A model generated the notes under the pieces. It searched no databases. It was not told the DNA's origin and saw only the letters and a program-made list of their open reading frames with translations. Positions 1 through 11,118 of a stretch of 64,000 bases of DNA are shown piece by piece; within the stretch, counting starts at the first letter, position 1; the number at the start of each line of letters is the position of its first letter. The translations under genes were made by a program, and so were the position numbers. The stretch spans positions 20,894,001 through 20,958,000 of the forward strand of contig OZ365114.1 in assembly GCA_977030845.1 (NCBI GenBank), written 5' to 3'. This stretch comes from Fimbriosthenelais zetlandica. Lineage: Eukaryota.

Positions 1-729
1 CTTCTCATTCTGGAAGTAATAATCAAACCTTCCACGAGCATGGATGGCTAACCATATAGTTCTATGGGCTATTTAATTAAACTAAGCCTGTGTTTTACTT
101 TATTAAGTCTATAGGCCTAATAGTAGGCCTAGACCTGGGCCTACCATGGACCTATGAACACACGTGTTTCTATGTCTATGGGCCTACTTTAATAGGCTAA
201 TGATAAATCATTATATTCTTAAGTGAGTGGAAGTAATAAAATTAGGCCTACTGTAACTGTTGAAAAGAAATAAATGCACGTCCTCTATGAGGGGTGGAAA
301 GATCTTTGCAAGGCAGGGATCCAGTGGACCTAAATTGGCTAGAAGTAAATTTGTAGGGCCCGGATGAAAATGAAGAATCTATAATAATGCCTAGGAACCA
401 AGTAAAGCCAAGGTAAAACTATGGTAACACAGGGGTAGATTGCATTTCGGATGTAGATTATTATTAGTATAGGCCTAGATCTATAAGATCCTATAAGTGA
501 AGTGAAATAATCAACCTCACATAAGAAGAAAAAAGACTTATTAAAGTTCTCAACAAAAGAAAAAAAACAACCATGGCAAAAGAACTGCATGTAGACCTAT
601 TCATGATTCTGATAACATTGACTGCAGCAGCTGCCTGGCATAGTAAGTTACCATCCATTTAGCACCCGGGGTTTAGCATCGATCACTTATCATTTAGTCT
701 GCCTCATCACAGAACTGCCTAGTTCTATG

Positions 730-981
730 TCCTGATCAAACTGTGTGGCGGGAAACTTTGATCAGCATCTGCCACGCGAGGCAAGCTGTTACCCAGTGCT
801 GGCGCCTAGTGGGTAAAACCAGAACTAGGATCGTAATGGCGGAAGAAGAAGGGCTGGCCGTATGAAGATTTAGTCGGAATATTGTGTGGGAGAGGGTAGT
901 TTTATTTGATATTTGGCCATACAAAGCTATGATTGGTTTATGTGCGTGTCGGCGGTGAGGCGGTGGACTGTAGGTGCAACC
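730..981. promoter_or_regulatory. Probable promoter/5' UTR region, locally CpG-richer, with an E2F-like GCGGGAAA at 748-755
   Basis: Higher CpG density than the flanks, directly upstream of ATG 982; the motif sits between the short inverted repeats TGATCAAA and TTTGATCA. Confidence 0.35.
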
Positions 982-1022
982 ATGAAGGTTGTAGACGATG
1001 TAGATGTCGATGATGGCGACAT
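982..1022 (+). CDS. Microprotein gene exon 1 (MKVVDDVDVDDGD-I)
   Basis: caaccATGa start, then donor AT|GTAAGT at 1023; the phase-2 end matches the next exon. An alternative in-frame ATG lies at 940, with an in-frame TGA at 907-909. Confidence 0.7.
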
Positions 1023-1545
1023 GTAAGTTGAAAGTTCCCTGTTTGTTTTCATTTGCTCAATGACAATGCCTGGCTGAGGGCCAATGTGTATTGGACTATT
1101 TTTGGTACCGGTATATAATATTAGACTATAGTATAGCTAGGTAAACTACAGCCGCTGACGCTGTTGGGACCAGTTAGTCATTTAAAGGAGAATAAATATG
1201 CAAAAAATACATGCCAATATTTGTGTTATTGAGCGATAATAGAAGATGTTAGGCATACTTTTGGCTTACTCAATGTTGACGTTAGGGCGTGGGTGTCACC
1301 CGTGTGGGCGTGTCTCTTATTTCGTTTACTTTAATAATTTTTTGTGGGGATCAGAACAGTTTATTAGCTCCAAAGTATCTTTTTTATAGAGTAATAAACC
1401 AAGGGTCTGGAAGGAATCGTGATTTTCCCTTGGACTAAGTTAAAGACTAAGTTTGGATCAGTGATCAGTGATTGTAAATCATTATGTGCCTAAATAATTA
1501 CCGTCTATGACCTGATATTAAAGCTGTTTCTTTTTATCTTGTTAG

Positions 1546-1651
1546 AATATCGGAGCAGGGGGTACTCGGACACTTCGTCGCCATCTTCACATTTTCATTC
1601 CTGGTCGGTCTTGTGATTCTCCATACCTCCATTCTCTGGCAACGCATGCAG
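1546..1651 (+). CDS. Microprotein gene exon 2, transmembrane helix (ISEQGVLGHFVAIFTFSFLVGLVILHTSILWQRMQ)
   Basis: Acceptor tttctttttatcttgttAG, donor CAG|GTATGT; 106 nt = 1+35 codons; about 22-aa hydrophobic stretch. Confidence 0.8.
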
Positions 1652-2533
1652 GTATGTACAGTTATATATTAGGCAATTTTATTGATAAGCTTTTGATATA
1701 AGGGTGATCTACAGTCTTGTATTTTATCAAAATTTAATTGGGCCTGGAAACCAATACTAATACGGGTACCAGTATTGCCTATTTATAAAATATGGTAAGG
1801 TGCATTCTTACAAAGATTAAAGGCATTACGGAGTACCGGCATCTACAAAATATAGATATAATCTGAAAGATTTATGTGGCTGTGGCCAGTATTAAACGGC
1901 CATTACATGGATCAACATTCAAGGCGCCACTCATGGATATAAGAGACCCCTGCTGTTTTTGTTTAATCTTAATCCCAACAGCTTAAAATATTATGCACCA
2001 TTGAAGAGCCAAAAGACCAGGCACCGACACCAACATTTTTCTCACGTTACTAGCTATAGAAGACGAGTTACAGTACTACAAGTAGAATAAAATGTGCATT
2101 ATGTCAAGAATATTGGAAAAAAATGTGGCAAGAGGATCATTTTTCCATGAAGAATTTCTGCATTATTTAGGACACTTCTTTTATGCTAAGACTGAGGTGG
2201 TCGGATACAATGCTTCATTTCGTATAATGCATGTTAGAGAAAACTGGCTGTACCTTAGTATTGCTTTGCATGATGCTTCCCAGCTTTAACACCATATAAA
2301 ATAGTAATACCAGATAAACTGGAGGGAAATTGAACCCTCCTTAATAGAAATGACAAGGTGTCCAAATTGCCAATAAAAAGGCAAGGACATCAGCTGGAAA
2401 CGGCCACCTGTTTGTAGAAGTGGAAACTAAGCTTGCACTAACATCAGCGTGCCATAGTTTTGCTTAGGACTAGCATTCTCCCCCTCTGCTTGCACTCTTC
2501 CCTCTGACTGACGTATGGCGGTAATTTTTGCAG

Positions 2534-2665
2534 TATGGAGACGGGTTCTACACGTCAGAAAGGAATATGGAACATGTGATGGCTCGTTATTACGGCTTTG
2601 ACTATTATTACGACATGCCCAGGCGTTATGACCTGGCTGTCAATACTACCTATTTCATGCATTAG
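2534..2665 (+). CDS. Microprotein gene exon 3 to stop (YGDGFYTSERNMEHVMARYYGFDYYYDMPRRYDLAVNTTYFMH*)
   Basis: Acceptor aatttttgcAG; phase 0 matches exon 2; 44 codons ending in TAG at 2663-2665. Confidence 0.75.
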   Translation, partial: YGDGFYTSERNMEHVMARYYGFDYYYDMPRRYDLAVNTTYFMH

Positions 2666-3880
2666 CCATTACTACACCTTCAACATAAACCCACCTCGTC
2701 CTGCCTGATCAACTTTTACATGTTGGATCTCTGCAAGTGAGATCAACATACTTTTACCATGTGCCACCGAAGAAAAGATCTGGAACTTGACTCCACTACT
2801 ATGAATTTCCAACTTTCGAAACATGAAAACATGAAATTCATACTCGTTACTCCACATTCCCATGTTACAACCTTACGCTACAGACGTGACAAAGATGGCT
2901 TAGTTATATTTTAATTTTATTAGCACTCCAGAACTTGCTGGTTTTATTTGTATTTGTATAATTTATTGGCAAGGGGGATAAGTTCACTATGTACATTGGT
3001 AATTTTGAGGAGAAATTTCAGTCTCTTACCTGGTTCACGAAAAGGAATGTGATTCGGGGCCAAAATGTTAAAATTTAGTCATGAAACTTAATTTACGAAG
3101 TATAGAATATAGAATCAAATCCTTCCACATATTTAGTATTGTGACTGAATTGTTCTACAACGTTTTGATAAAAGGAATTTGTGAAAGGATTGGCGTAGAA
3201 GAAATATAAATGCAAAAGCACAGGTATTGAAGTTATCTTTTTTGTTATTGGGTATTTGAACAGGAAAGTAAGTGGCACTATTGGTTTGAGAATACAGACA
3301 TTGTGTAGACTAGAATTGTTTGAGAGGTTAAGTGGAATGTGATAAGTGTAGTGATGGGCATCAGGGAGTTTAATTGATAAAGAGTTGGTGCTTCAAATAG
3401 GACTGTGGGGATAACTATTATATAGTTATATAAGGATACACAGATAGTGGCCTGTATTTGTAGAGAAGTTTTCACCTCAAGTATTAAGTGATATGGATTG
3501 TGTCAAGCTTGTATGTAAGGGCCAACTGCATCGCCAATTGATGCACCAGCTGAGTAGGATGTGATGTGAAGCAATCGCCAAATGTGTGAACTCAACTTTA
3601 ACTGTGTAGAAGCCTCAGTCTCCCTAAGTGTTCAACTATTCCTTTGGGTTATTTCAAATAATGGCCATTTAATGTAACTTATAATGATGTCACTAAAGCT
3701 GCTACTAATTATAAGTTATGTATACTAATATAAAGGTCAACATTAGGAGCATTATTCATTAACCATGATGTATTGCCATAAATACAATGCAAAATAAAAA
3801 CTGAAGATAAAGTTAATGAGCTGAGATATTTGTATTATCTCCTACGAATACTTCTGAATTAAATACTCAGTGATGTCCAA

Positions 3881-3930
3881 TCCGGCCATTGTATAACCAT
3901 AGACTAAAGCGTTGTTATACAATGGCCGGA
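3881..3930. repeat. Perfect 17-bp inverted repeat with 16-nt spacer
   Basis: TCCGGCCATTGTATAAC (3881-3897) and GTTATACAATGGCCGGA (3914-3930). Confidence 0.9.
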
Positions 3931-6900
3931 ATATCAGCAATAGGTTTCAATAGTCGTGGTAGTCCATCGCCATGCATTAGTTTTGCTCTTGTATTGCAGT
4001 GTAGATGGCAGCACTCAAATGTGGTTTTGATACTGACGGCGGAGACAACTTTGTGAGTGAATGGAGGTTTTGATGTAAACCTACCATTAACCTATGTCGC
4101 CTGATTATTTTAGAAATGCATATCTTATCACATGTATTTATTTTAGTTCAACAAACCTACATTCCCAACCTCTCGGGTTTACTTTGATGTCCCCATTACT
4201 AGAAGTACTTTGTTTGCGAAACTAATAGTTTGACATACAATTGGATGAAGTAAGTTAAGAGTAGAGGAGCTAAGACTAGGAAATTAAGTTTTGTTTTGTT
4301 AATGATGTAAATCTGTATGTTATTGATGAGTACATCTCGTTCAGGGGACAAAAACTTGAAGCATCTGGACAGGTCTCAAAGGTCTATGGTAAAAACTAGG
4401 TCAAATTTCTGACCAGATGAAGACCGCAATGTAAAACAATTAATTGAATAAAAAGCATGTGACAGATAAGAGTATTAATTCGTTGAAATTTACCCACTTA
4501 CAATACACATGTATTCCCAGAGTTTCAGTGCCACCAGTTCCTTGTTGGATCTTGTTTTGTCATTGATTTTTTATTCTTTTGCCGACCTTGTCGAAATCGA
4601 TTGCCACAAGTACTAAACTCACCTAGAAACTTAAGGAAGAAAGTCTTACCCTCTTTCTGTCTACATTATTTCCCTTGTTGACGCTGGATCCATGCCTGGT
4701 TCTATCTGTTGACCTACTGAGGACTCCCTTGAGATGGTCTTTCAGGTCGATTCTCCGGGTGATCTGTTTTTGAGCGTCGTCAAAAGAGTCAAAACGATGT
4801 GCCAACCATATTGAGATAAGCAACAGAGATTGCCAATTCGCGTGCTATGCCTCCACCCACTTAAAAAGCCCATCTCGTCTGTCGATTGCAACCTATTTAG
4901 TGTGTGTTGTTTCAGCTCCCGGAGAGCATGTCTTCATTTCCATCCTGTAGAGATGGGATTGTATGATTGGCAGCTTGCTTTGGGGTATGTTGCATGCTCG
5001 AGGCGACAAGTGCATTTCGCCCTGGCCCACGTGTTGTCACTGATCAATATAATCTTTTGTGCCCATCTCTAGGGCAGCAAAAGGCCAATGAAACCTGACG
5101 GTGTTGTTCATACTATCAGTGCAGCACTTCTTGGGTTCAATAGCCAGGATTTGAACATCTGACCTATGAGGGCAAATGTTTATGGGACTGTTTACATGGG
5201 ATTTTCTTTCCGTCTCTATTTTAGCTATGATCTATAGCGTCTTCTATGATCATAGTTTCAACTTTAGGAAAGGTCTCCTCATTTACAAACTGTATATAAG
5301 TACATAGGACCTTTAACATAAATCAATTGTCTATGGGCAACTTGCATGATATAAGGCGAAGAGACGGGAAATGTGAGCAGATCCAGATGGAGATGTCCAT
5401 AAAGCTGCTAGTAAGGCAAATATAGGACCTCGTTTAGGTTTATGAAGTCTGGTCAACTGTCCGACGATGTATTCAGCAGCTTTATCCTGATGGCATTCGT
5501 GGAGAATAGAGAGAGCAACTCGTTGCCGGGCAGCCCTGGATTATCCTCATCTGATAATGGAGGCCTTCATCCCCGGAGCAATCTACTTATCTGACCACAA
5601 GATGCCATCTGGCGAGTCGCTCCATGGCCACGATAAGCGCCCCAAATCAGTTTCCCTGTTTTAACTGTCATTAGGGAACCATCCAATAAGAATTGCCACT
5701 CCAGCTTCCAGTCTTATTATTCTACCCATTTCACACTTGGAGTCAATGCGTTGCCTTTATAGAGACACTACTAGCTCAAGGCATCCAGATTATTGAATGA
5801 ACCTTTCCAGTAGGAATCCTGGCCCTTGGAATGTGGCCACTTGCGTCCCCAGTCTAGTTTATTAAGAAATAAGAAACTGCTGTACAATACATGCTAAGAT
5901 AAAGAAGAGATGGAATGTATTGGTCACTTAGTTGGGAGATTGATCTGGATTGTATTCATGCATGCAGGGTATCAAGGGCACTACCACTCAGCAGCTCTTT
6001 TTGCCATGGAATAAATCATATATTCTCCCCATATTATCAGCTGTGCATGTGGACGGCTCACTGCTCCTCCAAATGTAGTTCATCTCCTAAAATAAGAGAT
6101 TAAAAAAGAGCCAATATTTCCTGACGTATGTGGATCGTTAGATCAACTGGTTAAGTTTCCACGTCTGGACAGATTTGAGCACGGTTCTTTGCTAGATTTG
6201 CCGAGAGCTTTGACTGTTCCCTTCATATTTTTAACCTGGAAGTTTTGCAGCTCAACCATTTTTCTTTGGGGTGAGAGGAGCATGAGAGGAGAGGGTTTTC
6301 AAAAGAAATCCATTTAAGTGTAAATGAGACTATCCAGGCTTGGGGCTCGGTTTACATGAGATTTACTGGAAAATGTCTTGAGGCTGTGTGCTAACCCACT
6401 GCTTGTGTGGCATGATGTCTGCCCTACAGGCTGCCAGCTGTGGTCTGATAAAGCCCTCTGCACGAGTATTGCCTGTGTACGTCACAGACGCCTGTCACAG
6501 GAGCGGATGACATCATTGGTCAGCCGACAGCTCCACGTCATTTTTCCATTTCCCATTTTTTTGGCAAAATCCAGCAGTTGCCTTCCCTTTAGACATCATA
6601 CTTCCTTCGTATTAGGCCTAGTGTTGGGAGTTGGTTGCATCAACAGGGAAAATAAGTTATTGGTTGATGATGCATAGCATACTGTTTGATCAAAATCCTT
6701 TGAAAACAGAATCTAAATCATCTCTCAATTCTGATAATGTAATATTGCTGTCCGCTTTGTAATCCCTCTCAACACTCGGAAGTCATTCACGCCTATCAGA
6801 TAGCACATCTAGATGGACGATGTTGCATAGCAACGCAATCAACTATTAGATCAGAATGAAAAATCGAAGAGCTTCTAATGTTTCCTCCGTCTTCTACCTC

Positions 6901-8351
6901 ATTCTCTTCCCCACCACCCATCACAAAAGGATATCTGGTGTCTAATGAAGGAAATGTGTGATTACTCTTTTCAGGAATTCATTCATTTTTCCTTGAAATG
7001 AAATAGCAGGTTGTACATTCGAGCAAGCTTTTCAAGAAATGAATTTGACTGTAGAGACATGCAGGTCTTTCCACACAAAAGACATTCCTCCATGTATGAG
7101 ATGAATAAATAAGTCTCCTGTGTCCCTTTATCCTGGTGTATTTGAAAACAAATAAAACAGTCTATAATGCGTGTTAAATAAGACTAAATAATTGATTAGC
7201 TTAAAGGATTTATTAAACTTTCATCACAGGATTTTAGTGACAAAGAATCCTCTTAACAATCATTCCCTTGATCATGTAGTCACAGTGTTTAACAGATCCT
7301 TAATGTGTGTTGTGGGAAGGTGCAATTGCCAAATGCTTACATTGCGTGGATTGCGGAAACCTCTCGTATCGCCAAGGTAAATTCGCGATGTGATTCGCCT
7401 TCGCCAAATCTATTTGGAGAGAAGATCTTTCTGCAACGGATGCAATTTCATAGGAACATCTCTGGTGAATCAGATACATAATGATGTTTTTTCTAAGAAT
7501 GGATATCGTTTACCCATTGCAATTAATTTTACAGAAATGGAAATATGATTCTTTTCCTCTTCTTGTACTCTCAGTGGTTGGAGAAGAAGGCAACATAACA
7601 TTACTTCCATTGTTCCCTCCATCAGAATTTGTAAGTAACTTACCTGGTACGCATTTAACCTTCTGTATCAACTTTGCAGTGATGAATTTGAAAAAAGCTC
7701 TGTCCACAAAAATGTACATGTACGTATATAACTGTCTTGTTGAACACATTTCATAAGCCGAGCGACAAAAACAATGCAGGAAAATAATTCTGGATTGTGG
7801 AGTAATTTGTGGTAACATAGGCCTACATCACTAAAAAAAAACATGCCTTTATGTGTTTTAAAAAAAGTTATTCCATCCTTGCTAAAAGCTCTATTTCAGC
7901 ATGTTGCATACATGATTGTATTGTTTAAATCCTTGACACTATAAGATCTATACAACATAATGAACAGCTTATTGGTGATCAGCCAAGAGCGAGTCAAGGC
8001 ACAATAATGTAGACCTTGGTAATTCTGTTTCATCAAATCTCAAAAAGGCGCACATTTTGTTTTGTACAGAATAAAAGTCTTTGCTTCAAAGATGATCGCA
8101 GGGTGTGATGAATATTGCACTCAGGTTAACTACATTTCGGATTGATTCAAATGAAAGCACACAGGGGGCATCAAAGGACAACAGATTTAAATGTGTTCCT
8201 TACTGAAAGAGAAATCAGCTCTTACAGCTTTGTACTTATCAAGGCCGTTAAACGAGATCCCACATGCACACTATAATGAGTTCCTTGAGATTGGGAGAGA
8301 CACCTTTCGAACTATTGACACTGCGTGAAATGTAGTTTGCACTGGCCTCCC

Positions 8352-8357
8352 TTTATT
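8352..8357 (-). terminator. Candidate polyadenylation signal of the CUB gene
   Basis: AATAAA about 130 nt downstream of the predicted stop. Confidence 0.4.
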
Positions 8358-8484
8358 CCAAGCCATGGCTTGCGTTTCAAGAGAGTATCACATTAATCCA
8401 TGCGGACGGAATTGGTCCAAGTTTACATGAAAGACATCACAGTTATTGAATCTCATTAGTGATCTTGGCCTCCATAGATGTGCG

Positions 8485-8639
8485 TCACATCCACCTCTTC
8501 AGTGTTAGTACTATTAGGATTATTATTGGCCAGTGCAAGTCCAAAGGTGGAAAGAGGGAAGGACCACTGGATGTGTCCTCCATTTTGGATCTCACAGGCT
8601 CGTCTTTTAGTCGGACTGACTCGGTGTGCTTTTTAACAG
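8485..8639 (-). CDS. CUB protein terminal exon G (VKKHTESVRLKDEPVRSKMEDTSSGPSLFPPLDLHWPIIILIVLTLKRWM*), GPI-signal-like tail
   Basis: Acceptor tattatatttttcAG; phase 1 matches exon F; TGA at 8487-8485; AATAAA on the minus strand at 8352-8357. Confidence 0.7.
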
Positions 8640-9036
8640 CTGAAAAATATAATAGTCAGCAAAATTGTGACCAAGTTTACAAACTATACATAGTGAAATT
8701 TATTCTTAGCAAAATCAATAATCTTTTTATCCTGTACATTCTTTCCTCCTTCTTGAGTATCCTATATATCATCATTCAATAATGGATTTGTATACATTTA
8801 TGTTTCAGATCAAACCTGATCTTGAGCAGGTGAGCAATTAGTGTAAGCTGTTAATAGTGTTTAAGACTTTTCTTTCAGAAAATACAGGTTTAACGCACTT
8901 GAATATAGCAATCTTGTTGCTTGCACTCTAGGGAAATCATCAATCTCATTCTGTTCATGAACTGGCTTTGAGCATTGCTGTCTGTGTAAGATGTCAACGA
9001 AGCCATTTAGACAGAAATTGGTAGGATGATACTCAC

Positions 9037-9239
9037 ATCTGATCTGCCTAAAGGAAAGCCAGAAGCCAGCGTCTGGGGTAGATTGGTATTGGCCTTGTGA
9101 TGAGAAATACTTGAGTCTAACTGGGTCTGCTGTGAGGTTATAAACAAAGCGGGGCTGGGGGGTCTTCAGTTTACTGGCGCATAACTTCTCAACAAGTCTC
9201 TGTGACTCGTAAACCTCGATGCGGTCAAGACAAGCGCCT
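9037..9239 (-). CDS. CUB protein exon F (CUB3 C-half: GACLDRIEVYESQRLVEKLCAS...VRLKYFSS...GFWLSFRQI)
   Basis: Acceptor ttttttctctccgcAG, donor T|GTGAGT; 203 nt, phase 2 to 1; not present in the ORF track. Confidence 0.88.
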
Positions 9240-9631
9240 CTGCGGAGAGAAAAAAGTTATTGCCATATAGAGTTTGTTACTGGTGGCGGAGAGATGGTTA
9301 TTACTCTTAGCAAGTTGGTTATTTCTGCTTTGCTAGCGCTGAGGACTGGCTGTAGAAAGTGCCATATCAGACAGAGCTCAGATGGCATGGATAAATTGGT
9401 CAATATCATATAACTATGGCACTCAGGACTCCAGAGTGGCCATGTTATTTGGACGAATGATACTTGCTATAGCGATATATTGATGATTGATACTATAGTT
9501 ATAAGTTTATATCATTTACCGGCTAAGGATATATCGATGATACCATAGCTATAATCATAATTACTTGTTAGGGATATATTGATAGTAAACATTGTAATCT
9601 ATATATTATATGGTTGGAGTATGTCACTTAC

Positions 9632-9809
9632 TTTAAACCATAAATAGTAAGTATGACTTCCAGATAGAACCCAGGGTGGACTACAAACTTGTATGTACAA
9701 ATGGTGTCTTTTGGCAGCCAGTGGTCAGGAGAAGACACAGAGCCTTCACTGGCATTAAAAACCCAATCACACCAGCTGTTGGTCTTCTTATGTCCGTCTT
9801 GATGCCACT
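9632..9809 (-). CDS. CUB protein exon E (CUB3 N-half: WCDWVFNASEGSVSSPDHWLPKDTICTYKF)
   Basis: Acceptor tactttttacttcAG, donor AA|GTAAGT; 178 nt, phase 1 to 2. Confidence 0.9.
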
Positions 9810-10096
9810 CTGAAGTAAAAAGTACCTTGAAGTAAAACACATTTCAGCGATATAGAAGGCCTTTTGAAGCGGCCAAGGACCTTGCGTCTTATAGACCTAT
9901 TACTTAAGGGCAAATCAGCTTCCTTTGAACGTCTGATGCTTTCAATTGAAAAAAATGGATTGAAAGAAAATGCTACATGTTTTAGAGTAGAATAAGACTA
10001 AATTCAAAGGTTGCCCTCATGAATAGACCTGTAGAAGTGAAATTCATTTTAAAAGCTCGATAATTGATTTATGTTGTTTTCTAAAGTTCATCTTAC

Positions 10097-10296
10097 CTTT
10101 CGTTAGTCTTATTGCTGTGCCATGGAAGCCTTTTATATCATAGGGAGGACTGTCCTGGCTTGAAAAAAACGAAAGGAAAAGGTGGCCGGTAGATGATGTA
10201 ATATCTGGTATATTTCTCCCACAAAAGCGGCCAATGAGAGGGCTGTAGGTAGAATTACCATCGTGGATAACCATGTAATCGTCCCTACAGTCAGTC
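10097..10296 (-). CDS. CUB protein exon D (CUB2 C-half: DCRDDYMVIHDGNSTYSPLIGRFCGRNIPDITSSTGHLFLSF...GF)
   Basis: Acceptor ttttcttttattcctAG, donor G|GTAAGA; 200 nt, phase 2 to 1; classic DY-x-I-x-DG...IGRFCG motif. Confidence 0.95.
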
Positions 10297-10928
10297 CTAG
10301 GAATAAAAGAAAACGGTCAATAAGAGAGAGATGTCCTGGACCCCATTGCTGCGGATTAGAAAACGCACCACAGGAGGTTCCGTGATCTGTATAATGCATA
10401 TACAAGGGCCATCTTAGATAATTATTTTAAGAAGTCAATTTTTAGAGTAGAACTGTTACAGTCGATATGAAAGGCTCTTTAGATTGGAAGCATTGCCTGG
10501 ATATAGCCTTATAGAGAATGAGCGTGCTTATCCAGGATTAGGGCTTCTGACTGTATACCACTATACAGCTGTACCCTACTCATTCTGTAGAATGATAAAA
10601 ATCCAGTAGGCAATCTGGATTAACTTTTCAAAGTGTTGAACAACAGGTTGTCTGTGACAGTGAATGCTGCTAAGAGGAACATATGGCAGGGATTAGGGAG
10701 GATATTTCCATGCATTAAGCATAACTGTCTGGTTCCCTAATCCCCTGTATGATTCCCTTGTTAAATTGTAAAGGATTTGAGGATGGCATCTGATATTGGA
10801 AAACTTTGTAACCTTTTCAACTGTTCTCAAACTGAATTATTTAGCAAGAGAAAAATATTGAAACAAAGGCAGATCTTTGTAACATAAGGCATGCAGAAAA
10901 GGGAAGAAAGAAGTGTAGCATCTCTTAC

Positions 10929-11118
10929 GTTTCTCTGATGGAGAACTCTCTCGGTTTTGGTGCAGCCCCCTGGAACGTGAGTTGTAACGTGGAGCTGTCA
11001 TCCAGGGAGTAAACGTGATAGTGACATTCCATATTGGGCGGGTAAATACCCGGATATCCAGGCGATAATATATCGCATAAGCCATCACAATCTTCCGACA
11101 CCACTGTCCAATAACAAA
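10929..11118 (-). CDS. CUB protein exon C (CUB2 N-half: CYWTVVSEDCDGLCDILSPGYPGIYPPNMECHYHV...LQLTF)
   Basis: Acceptor ctactttttttccacAG, donor AC|GTAAGA; 190 nt, phase 1 to 2; canonical SPGYPxxYPPNxxC CUB motif. Confidence 0.93.

Noticed and set aside
5130-5200. B-box-like GTTCAAATCC on the minus strand (and a weaker one near 57220 on the plus strand)
   Set aside because: No cloverleaf or matching A-box; at most SINE debris, not a tRNA gene.
7341-7461. Minus-strand exon-like segment RCSYEIASVAERSSLQIDL... with AG and GTAAGC sites
   Set aside because: It lies beyond the CUB stop and poly(A) signal, no phase-compatible stop-free neighbouring exon was found, and the CpG-rich TCGCG repeats look MITE-derived. 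It cannot be fully excluded as an alternative 3' exon.
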